In this document: piece after piece, positions 13,636 through 24,486 of the stretch
Position numbering within the stretch: the stretch's first letter is position 1
Layout: every line of letters starts with the position of its first letter
Assembly (NCBI GenBank): GCA_950097015.1
Contig: CATNEN010000005.1
Span: forward strand, 744,001-808,000
From: Macrostomum hystrix
Taxonomy: Eukaryota > Animalia > Platyhelminthes
Reading direction: 5' to 3'
Length of the DNA stretch: 64,000 bases
Position numbers and translations under genes: made by a program
Notes under the pieces: model-generated
What the model was told of the DNA's origin: nothing
Seen by the model: the letters and a program-made list of their open reading frames with translations, nothing else
Databases searched by the model: none

Positions 13636-14679
13636 ATGGTAAGAAAGAGATGATATAGAGGGGGGGAGAAAGAGACAATTTAGAGGGGTAGAAAAAGACT
13701 GAATACGATAGAGAGAGATAGAGATGTCTCTCGTGGAGATAAAGATAATGGTGGCATAGATGGGGTAGAAAAAGACTTGGCACATGAGCACGATCCGGAT
13801 TACTCCAGACTCCATCTCCAAATGACTCCAAGCTCACAGAGCGCAGACTTGAGCAAGCGGCAAGTGGATGTTGCTAAGGTCTGGCCTGTGGCTAGAAAAC
13901 AGTATTAGAGCAGCAGCGGAAGAAAAGACCAAAGCAAATTTCTCGCGAAATGGTCGAAGCGTGAGAGACTGCAAATAGAACGGAAGCTGCCCGATTAGGC
14001 AGTTAGTTGAGTAAGAGAAGAGTCGGAGAGACAGATAGACTCAAGATAGCATCTCAAAAGTGGCATTCGATTCCAACTCTACAGCACCAGCCAATCCAAC
14101 AGTCCTTCGGTTTGTTCTCGACTTTGACGAAATTCACATTAACAACAACGAGGCAGTGAGTCCACAGTACTACAGACTTGTCATCATTAGGACCTGCGGA
14201 CGAATAGGGATAGGGGAGAGAGTGAGCAGGCGAGAGCTATAGGTGGAGGACATGAGCTAGAAAATGCGGCCCCCCCACTCGCTATTAGCAGCAAAGTCTT
14301 GTTCGAATCTAGAAATTGATAGATCTCAATTAAGACTAAAATTTCCGTACAGCTTCTGTTGCACTTTTAGACGGGCGGTAAGTTTTACAGCAATCAACGC
14401 TCATAATTTCTAGTTTTTTTACTTTTAAAAGCTATTTTTGCTTTACTGCAGTAGCGGAAATTGCCTATCTAGCCAGAGAATGTAGCAGAATTTGCATGGT
14501 TTCCGTTCTCACAATGACTTTTAACGCTGTGGGTGTAATACTTACAGAGGCCGTTATTCGTTATAATACCATACCCTTATTATTATGTGTGTCGCTTAGG
14601 GATTAACGAACATCGATCAATTCCTTCATCGCTCTTCCATTCAAACTGCTAATAAATCACTATTCCCAAATCTCAAAGC

Positions 14680-17600
14680 AGCATTCCCTCTCTCCAAATC
14701 TCTCTCCATTAATCCCATTCTCTCTCCAAATCTCTCTCCATTAATCCCATTCCCACCAAATCTCTCTTGGTTAATTTTATTCTCTCTGACTAAATCTCTC
14801 TCCATTAATCCCATTTCCACTAAATCTCTCTCCATTAATCCGATTTTCACCAAATCTCTCTCCATTAATCCCATTCTCACCAAATCTCTCTCCATTAATC
14901 CGATTTTCACCAAATCTCTCTCCATTAATCCCATTCTCACCAAATCTCTCTCCATTAATCCCATTCTCACCAAATCTCTCTCCATTAATCCCATTCTCAC
15001 CAAATCTCTCTCCATTAATCCTAATCTCACCAAATCTCTCTCCATTAATCCCATTTTCACCAAATCTCTCTCCATTAATCCCATTCTCACCAAATCTCTC
15101 TCCATTAATCCCATTCTCACCAAATCTCTCTCCAATAATCCCATTTTCTCTTCAAATCTCTCTCCAATAATTCCATTCTCACCAAATCTCTCTCCATTAA
15201 TCCCATTCTCACCAAATCTCTCTCCAATAATCCCATTTTCTCTTCAAATCTCTCTTCGTTAATCCCATTCTCACCAAATCTCTCTCCATAATCCCATTCT
15301 CACCAAATCTCTCTCCATTAATTCCATTCTCACCAAATCTCTCTCCATTAATCCCATTCTCACTAAATATCTCTCCAATAATCCCATTCTCACCAAATCT
15401 CTCTCCATAATCCCATTCTCACCAAATCTCTCTCCATTAATCCCATTCTCACCAAATCTCTCTCCATTAATTCCATTCTCACCAAATCTCTCTCCATAAT
15501 CCCATTCTCACCAAATCTCTCTCCATAATCCCATTCTCACCAAATCTCTCTCCAATAATCCCATTCTCACCAAATCTCTCTCCAATAATCCCATTCTCAC
15601 CAAATCTCTCTCCAATAATCCCATTTTCTCTTCAAATCTCTCTCCAATAATCCCATTCTCACCAAATCTCTCTCCAATAATCCCATTTTCACTAAATCTC
15701 TCTCCAATAATCCCATTCTCTTCAAATCTCTCTTCGTTAATCCCATTCTCACCAAATCTCTCTCCAATAATCCCATTCTCACCAAATCTCTCTCCAATAA
15801 TCCCATTTTCACCAAATCTCTCTCCAATAATCCCATTCTCACCAAATCTCTCTCCAATAATCCCATTCTCTTCAAATCTCTCTTCGTTAATCCCATTCTC
15901 ACCAAATCTCTCTCCATTAATCCCATTCTCACCAAATCTCTCTCCAATAATCCCATTCTCACCAAATCTCTCTCCAATAATCCCATTCTCACCAAATCTC
16001 TCTCCAATAATCCCATTCTCACCAAATCTCTCTCCAATAATCCCATTCTCACCAAATCTCTCTCCATTAATCCCATTCTCACCAAATCTCTCTCCAATAA
16101 TCCCATTCTCACCAAATCTCTCTCCATTAATTCCATTCTCACCAAATCTCTCTCCATAATCCCATTCTCAATAATCCCATTCTCACCAAATCTCTCTCCA
16201 TTAATTCCATTCTCACCAAATCTCTCTCCATAATCCCATTCTCACCAAATCTCTCTCCATAATCCCATTCTCACCAAATCTCTCTCCAATAATCCCATTC
16301 TCACCAAATCTCTCTCCAATAATCCCATTCTCACCAAATCTCTCTCCATTAATCCCATTCTCACTAAATCTCTCTCCATAATCCCATTCTCACCAAATCT
16401 CTCTCCATAATCCCATTCTCACCAAATCTCTCTCCATAATCCCATTCTCACCAAATCTCTCTCCATAATCCCATTCTCACCAAATCTCTCTCCAATAATC
16501 CCATTCTCACCAAATCTCTCTCCAATAATCCCATTCTCACCAAATCTCTCTCCAATAATCCCATTTTCACCAAATCTCTCTCCAATAATCCCATTCTCTT
16601 CAAATCTCTCTTCGTTAATCCCATTCTCACCAAATCTCTCTCCAATAATCCCATTCTCACCAAATCTCTCTCCAATAATCCCATTCTCACCAAATCTCTC
16701 TCCAATAATCCCATTCTCACCAAATCTCTCTCCATTAATCCCATTCTCACCAAATCTCTCTCCAATAATCCCATTCTCACCAAATCTCTCTCCAATAATC
16801 CCATTTTCACCAAATCTCTCTCCAATAATCCCATTCTCTTCAAATCTCTCTTCGTTAATCCCATTCTCACCAAATCTCTCTCCAATAATCCCATTCTCAC
16901 CAAATCTCTCTCCAATAATCCCATTTTCACCAAATCTCTCTCCAATAATCCCATTCTCACCAAATCTCTCTCCAATAATCCCATTCTCTTCAAATCTCTC
17001 TTCGTTAATCCCATTCTCACCAAATCTCTCTCCATTAATCCCATTCTCACCAAATCTCTCTCCAATAATCCCATTCTCACCAAATCTCTCTCCAATAATC
17101 CCATTCTCACCAAATCTCTCTCCAATAATCCCATTCTCACCAAATCTCTCTCCAATAATCCCATTCTCACCAAATCTCTCTCCATTAATCCCATTCTCAC
17201 CAAATCTCTCTCCAATAATCCCATTCTCACCAAATCTCTCTCCATTAATTCCATTCTCACCAAATCTCTCTCCATAATCCCATTCTCAATAATCCCATTC
17301 TCACCAAATCTCTCTCCATTAATTCCATTCTCACCAAATCTCTCTCCATAATCCCATTCTCACCAAATCTCTCTCCATAATCCCATTCTCACCAAATCTC
17401 TCTCCAATAATCCCATTCTCACCAAATCTCTCTCCAATAATCCCATTCTCACCAAATCTCTCTCCATTAATCCCATTCTCACTAAATCTCTCTCCATAAT
17501 CCCATTCTCACCAAATCTCTCTCCATAATCCCATTCTCACCAAATCTCTCTCCATAATCCCATTCTCACCAAATCTCTCTCCATAATCCCATTCTCACCA

Positions 17601-20600
17601 AATCTCTCTCCATTAATCCCATTCTCACTAAATCTCTCTCCATAATCCCATTCTCACCAAATCTCTCTCCATAATCCCATTCTCACCAAATCTCTCTCCA
17701 TTAATCCCATTCTCACCAAATCTCTCTCCATTAATCCCATTCTCACCAAATCTCTCTCCATTAATCCCATTCTCACCAAATCTCTCTCCATTAATCCCAT
17801 TCTCACTAAATATCTCTCCATTAATCCCATTCTCACCAAATCTCTCTCCATTAATCCCATTCTCACCAAATCTCTCTCCAATAATCCCATTCTCACCAAA
17901 TCTCTCTCCATTAATCCCATTCTCACCAAATCTCTCTCCAATAATCCCATTCTCACCAAATCTCTCTCCATTAATTCCATTCTCACCAAATCTCTCTCCA
18001 TAATCCCATTCTCAATAATCCCATTCTCACCAAATCTCTCTCCATTAATTCCATTCTCACCAAATCTCTCTCCATAATCCCATTCTCACCAAATCTCTCT
18101 CCATAATCCCATTCTCACCAAATCTCTCTCCAATAATCCCATTCTCACCAAATCTCTCTCCAATAATCCCATTCTCACCAAATCTCTCTCCATTAATCCC
18201 ATTCTCACTCAAATCTCTCTCCATAATCCCATTCTCACCAAATCTCTCTCCATAATCCCATTCTCACCAAATCTCTCTCCATAATCCCATTCTCACCAAA
18301 TCTCTCTCCATAATCCCATTCTCACCAAATCTCTCTCCAATAATCCCATTCTCACCAAATCTCTCTCCAATAATCCCATTCTCACCAAATCTCTCTCCAA
18401 TAATCCCATTTTCACCAAATCTCTCTCCAATAATCCCATTCTCTTCAAATCTCTCTTCGTTAATCCCATTCTCACCAAATCTCTCTCCAATAATCCCATT
18501 CTCACCAAATCTCTCTCCAATAATCCCATTCTCACCAAATCTCTCTCCAATAATCCCATTCTCACCAAATCTCTCTCCATTAATCCCATTCTCACCAAAT
18601 CTCTCTCCAATAATCCCATTCTCACCAAATCTCTCTCCAATAATCCCATTTTCACCAAATCTCTCTCCAATAATCCCATTCTCTTCAAATCTCTCTTCGT
18701 TAATCCCATTCTCACCAAATCTCTCTCCAATAATCCCATTCTCACCAAATCTCTCTCCAATAATCCCATTTTCACCAAATCTCTCTCCAATAATCCCATT
18801 CTCACCAAATCTCTCTCCAATAATCCCATTCTCTTCAAATCTCTCTTCGTTAATCCCATTCTCACCAAATCTCTCTCCATTAATCCCATTCTCACCAAAT
18901 CTCTCTCCAATAATCCCATTCTCACCAAATCTCTCTCCAATAATCCCATTCTCACCAAATCTCTCTCCAATAATCCCATTCTCACCAAATCTCTCTCCAA
19001 TAATCCCATTCTCACCAAATCTCTCTCCATTAATCCCATTCTCACCAAATCTCTCTCCAATAATCCCATTCTCACCAAATCTCTCTCCATTAATTCCATT
19101 CTCACCAAATCTCTCTCCATAATCCCATTCTCAATAATCCCATTCTCACCAAATCTCTCTCCATTAATTCCATTCTCACCAAATCTCTCTCCATAATCCC
19201 ATTCTCACCAAATCTCTCTCCATAATCCCATTCTCACCAAATCTCTCTCCAATAATCCCATTCTCACCAAATCTCTCTCCAATAATCCCATTCTCACCAA
19301 ATCTCTCTCCATTAATCCCATTCTCACTAAATCTCTCTCCATAATCCCATTCTCACCAAATCTCTCTCCATAATCCCATTCTCACCAAATCTCTCTCCAT
19401 AATCCCATTCTCACCAAATCTCTCTCCATAATCCCATTCTCACCAAATCTCTCTCCATTAATCCCATTCTCACTAAATCTCTCTCCATAATCCCATTCTC
19501 ACCAAATCTCTCTCCATAATCCCATTCTCACCAAATCTCTCTCCATTAATCCCATTCTCACCAAATCTCTCTCCATTAATCCCATTCTCACCAAATCTCT
19601 CTCCATTAATCCCATTCTCACCAAATCTCTCTCCATTAATCCCATTCTCACTAAATATCTCTCCATTAATCCCATTCTCACCAAATCTCTCTCCATTAAT
19701 CCCATTCTCACCAAATCTCTCTCCAATAATCCCATTCTCACCAAATCTCTCTCCATTAATCCCATTCTCACCAAATCTCTCTCCATTAATCCCATTCTCA
19801 CTAAATATCTCTCCATTAATCCCATTCTCACCAAATCTCTCTCCATAATCCCATTCTCACCAAATCTCTCTCCATTAATCCCATTCTCACCAAATCTCTC
19901 TCCATTAATCCCATTCTCACCAAATCTCTCTCCATTAATCCCATTCTCACTAAATATCTCTCCATTAATCCCATTCTCACCAAATCTCTCTCCATTAATC
20001 CCATTCTCACCAAATCTCTCTCCAATAATCCCATTCTCACCAAATCTCTCTCCATTAATCCCATTCTCACCAAATCTCTCTCCATTAATCCCATTCTCAC
20101 TAAATATCTCTCCATTAATCCCATTCTCACCAAATCTCTCTCCATTAATCCCATTCTCACTAAATATCTCTCCAATAATCCCATTCTCACCAAATCTCTC
20201 TCCATTAATGTCATTTTCACCAAATCTCTCTCCAATAATCCCATTCTCACCAAATCGCTCTCCAATAATCCCATTCTCACCAAATCTCTCTCCATTAATC
20301 CCATTCTCACCAAATCTCTCTCCAATAATCCCATTCTCAGCAAATCTCTCTCCAATAATCCCATTCTCACCAAATCTCTCTCCAATAATCCCATTCTCAC
20401 CAAATCTCTCTCCATAATCCCATTCTCACCAAATCTCTCTCCAATAATCCCATTCTCACCAAATCTCTCTCCATTAATTCCATTCTCACCAAATCTCTCT
20501 CCATAATCCCATTCTCACCAAATCTCTCTCCATAATCCCATTCTCACCAAATCTCTCTCCAATAATCCCATTCTCACCAAATCTCTCTCCAATAATCCCA

Positions 20601-20775
20601 TTCTCACCAAATCTCTCTCCAATAATCCCATTCTCACCAAATCTCTCTCCATTAATCCCATTCTCACCAAATCTCTCTCCAATAATCCCATTCTCACCAA
20701 ATCTCTCTCCAATAATCCCATTCTCACCAAATCTCTCTCCATTAATCCCACTCTCACCATTAATCCCACTCTCAA
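14680..20775. repeat. 30-bp minisatellite (CAAATCTCTCTCCAATAATCCCATTCTCAC), about 200 units, with higher-order duplication
   Basis: Direct reading; 29-bp variants are interspersed; identical 275-aa translations occur 1845 bp apart. Confidence 0.98.
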
Positions 20776-21202
20776 TTTGAATCTATAAAAATATGGAAAA
20801 TCATAACAGATTCTATTTAAGATAGCTCTTTGTATTTAGATTTTTTTTAGTTTTTGTGTCTGTCGTAGGCTATTTTAAAGATATTGCTTTCACGTAGGGG
20901 TAATGTCTGCAAATGGAAAGCAACAACACCGATTTAATGGATAAATTATAGCACTGATCTTCTCAAACTAGAAATATCCTAAACAGTAGGAAGTGAGAGC
21001 TGCAAAAAGGGTAGGCCGAAATGGGAATTAAAAAATCTTCTTACACACATATACATATACATATAATCAATTGAACAAACATTTTTTCTTATATTTACTA
21101 TGAGTAGGATGTTCAAAAAATAAAATTATTGGCTCGTACACTGAATTGTATTTTTTCTAAATCCATAATATTTTAAATTACCCGAAAAATATGTGACTGT
21201 TA

Positions 21203-22288
21203 AGAATTGCTATTCAAACAGGTGAGATTGCTGATTGATTGAGAATTATAATTCAAACAGGTGAGATTGCTGATTGATTGAGAATTATAATTCAAACAGG
21301 TGAGATTGCTGATTGATTGAGAATTATAATTCAAACAGGTGAGATTGCTGATTGATTGAGAATTATAATTCAAACAGGTGAGATTGCTGATTGATTGAGA
21401 ATTATAATTCAAACAGGTGAGATTGCTGATTGATTGAGAATTATAATTCAAACAGGTGAGATTGCTGATTGATTGAGAATTGCAATTCAAACAGGTGAGA
21501 TTGCTGATTGATTGAGAATTGCAATTCAAACAGGTGAGATTGCTGATTGATTGAGAATTGCAATTCAAACAGGTGAGATTGCTGATTGATTGAGAATTGC
21601 AATTCAAACAGGTGAGATTGCTGATTGATTGAGAATTGCAATTCAAACAGGTGAGATTGCTGATTGATTGAGAATTGTAATTCAAACAGGTGAGATTGCT
21701 GATTGATTGAGAATTGCAATTCAAACAGGTGAGATTGCTGATCGATTGAGAATTGCAATTCAAACAGGTGAGATTGCTGATTGATTGAGAATTGCAATTC
21801 AAACAGGTGAGATTGCTGATTGATTGAGAATTGCAATTCAAACAGGTGAGATTGCTGATTGATTGAGAATTGCAATTCAAACAGGTGAGATTGCTGATTG
21901 ATTGAGAATTGCAATTCAAACAGGTGAGATTGCTGATTGATTGAGAATTGCAATTCAAACAGGTGAGATTGCTGATTGATTGAGAATTGTAATTCAAACA
22001 GGTGAGATTGCTGATTGATTGAGAATTGCAATTCAAACAGGTGAGATTGCTGATTGATTGAGAATTGCTACTCAAACAGGTGAGATTGCTGATTGATTGA
22101 GAATTGCAATTCAAACAGGTGAGATTGCTGATTGATTGAGAATTGCAATTCAAACAGGTGAGATTGCTGATTGATTGAGAATTGCAATTCAAACAGGTGA
22201 GATTGCTGATTGATTGAGAATTGCAATTCAAACAGGTGAGATTGCTGATTGATTGAGAATTGCAATTCAAACAGGTGAGATTGCTGAT
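21203..22288. repeat. 39-bp minisatellite (GTGAGATTGCTGATTGATTGAGAATTGCAATTCAAACAG), about 28 units
   Basis: Exact 39-bp period from the GT at 21222 to the GT at 22275. Early units carry ATTATA where most later units carry ATTGCA. Confidence 0.98.
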
Positions 22289-22613
22289 TTAGTCTTCTCA
22301 AAGGAGTGGTGAGATTGACGTGATAAGAAATCGAACCCATGACCGAGTTAATATGTACAGACGTGTATATTCTCATGGATTAGCTGTTGCCTCACATTTC
22401 GACCAAGACTTGTTTGTCGAGCCTGACTTTAACGAATTCATCATAAATTTGACTTAGCACCCGTAACACTTGTTATTGGACAAATAAATCTGACTAAAGA
22501 TAACACTAATACTATGATGGACAGGTTCAAAAGTCTAGCGCGATACGGTGTAAGTTTACACTTAGAGAAAATGTTTTCCGTTGAAGCATGATATTCTACT
22601 AGAAAAGACAAGA

Positions 22614-23375
22614 AATGGGGTGAGATTGTATGAGATGGGGTGAGATTGGGTGAAATGGGGTGAGATTGGGTAAAATGGGGTGAGATTGGGTGAAATGGGG
22701 TGAGATTGGGTGAAATGGGGTGAGATTGTGTGAGATAGGGTGAGATTGGGTGAAATGGGGTGAGATTGGGTGAGTTGGGGTGAGATTGGATGAGATGGGG
22801 TGAGATTGTGTGAGATGGGGTGAGATTGGGTGAGTTGGGGTGAGATTGTATGAGATGGGGTGAGATTGGGTGAAGTGGGGTGAGATTGGGTGAAATGGGG
22901 TGAGATTGGGTGAGTTGGGGTGAGATTGTGTGAGATGGGGTGAAATTGGGTGAAATGGGGCGAGATTGGGTGAAATGGGGTGAGATCGAATGAGATGAGG
23001 TGAGATTGGGTGAGATCGAATGAGATGAGGTGAGATTGGGTGAGATCGAATGAGATAAGGTGAGATTGGGTGAGATCGGATGAGATGAGGTGAGATTGGG
23101 TGAGATCGGATGAGATGAGGTGAGATTGGGTGAGATCGGATGAGATGAGGTGAGATTGGGTGAGATCGGATGAGATGAGGTGAGATTGGGTGAGATCGGA
23201 TGAGATGAGGTGAGATTGGGTGAGATCGGATGAGATTAGGTGAGATTGGGTGAGATCGGATGAGATGAGGTGAGATTGGGTGAGATCGGATGAGATGAGG
23301 TGAGATTGGGTGAGATCGGATGAGATGAGGTGAGATTGGGTGAGATCGGATGAGATGAGGTGAGATTGGGTGAGA
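22614..23375. repeat. 10-bp G-rich repeat (GGGGTGAGAT variants) becoming a 30-bp higher-order unit
   Basis: Direct reading; the right half is (GGTGAGATTGGGTGAGATCGGATGAGATGA)n. Confidence 0.97.
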
Positions 23376-23814
23376 CTTCTGACATTTTGTTCAGATTTCC
23401 GCATTCAGTTCACAGCAAGAAAACTGCTAATGCACGACTGTATAAAATTTTCTGGCTAACGAAAAATAGCTTTCAGTTGGACTATATTCTCAATCTTATC
23501 ACCTTATCAGTCAGGCAGGTCGAAATAAGATTGGACAGTTTTTGTGTTTGATTTGCAACTCATGGGACTCATGTGCTTGGCTGCTTTGGATGCTGAGTAC
23601 TGATAAGGGCGGCGGTGTTGATTGAGCATAGTAAAGTAGCCTTGAGCACAAGTCATACCAGAGATGTAAGGGTGAAATATGCGAATGAGCACGCTAAGTC
23701 ACGTGAGCTGAAACTGCGAATCTGAGCACGTGTCGATTGGACATGGAAACCATTTTTGAGCAGTTTTTTTGTTTGGAGAGCAGAGAATGTCAGTCTGATT
23801 AAAAACTTCAGGAA

Positions 23815-24285
23815 TGTGAAGCTTCAGGGATGTTAAGCTTCAGGGATGCAAAACTTCAGGGATGGGAAACTCAAACTCAAACTTCAGGGAAGTGAAACTT
23901 CAGGGATGTTAGGCTTCAGGGATGTGAAACTTCACGGATATGAAGCTTCAGGGATGTGAAACTTCAGGGAAGTGAAACTTCAGGGAAGTGAAACTTCAGG
24001 GAAGTGAAACTTCAGGGAAGTGAAACTTCAGGGAAGTGAAACTTCAAGGAAGTGAAACTTCAGGGAAGTGAAACTTCAGGGATGTGAAACTTCAGGGAAG
24101 TGAAACTTCAGGGAAGTGAAACTTCAGGGAAGTGAAACTTCAGGGAAGTGAAACTTCAGGGAAGTGAAACTTCAGGGAAGTGAAACTTCAGGGAAGTGAA
24201 ACTTCAGGGATGTGAAACTTCAGGGAAGTGAAACTTCAGGGAAGTGAAACTTCAGGGAAGTGAAACTTCAGGGAAGTGAAACTTT
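23815..24285. repeat. 16-bp minisatellite (GTGAAACTTCAGGGAA) ending about 200 bp upstream of the PKG ATG
   Basis: Direct reading; degenerate left end, homogeneous right end. Confidence 0.97.
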
Positions 24286-24402
24286 AATGATTGCACTTTT
24301 TGTAAAATAATCTTTTCGGAGTGAGAGTTTTATACTATTTGGTTTTGGCTTAGTTTCAGTTCAATAACTATTGCAGTTGTGATAGTTCCAACAAACTCGC
24401 TG

Positions 24403-24457
24403 ATTGGCTTTCTAGGAAATGTTTCCACACACAATGCGCTACCCACCCCCCGCCAAT
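24403..24457 (+). promoter_or_regulatory. Putative proximal promoter of the PKG gene (two CCAAT boxes and a GC/GT box)
   Basis: ATTGG 24403-24407, CCCACCCCCCGCC 24442-24454 and CCAAT 24453-24457 lie 30-85 bp upstream of ATG 24487. Motif match only. Confidence 0.35.
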
Positions 24458-24486
24458 CGCTCGGAAAGACCCCATAGCAACCAGCC

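Noticed and set aside
14060-14242. Alternative coding first exon of PKG
   Set aside because: The ORF frame ends in phase 0 at donor 14156 whereas exon 2 needs phase 2; the compatible frame has no ATG and no leucine-zipper character. A non-coding exon remains possible.
11743-23404. Very long ORFs (692, 633, 356, 280, 275 aa) with repetitive peptides
   Set aside because: They are translations of non-coding tandem arrays, open in several frames, with frameshifting unit variants.
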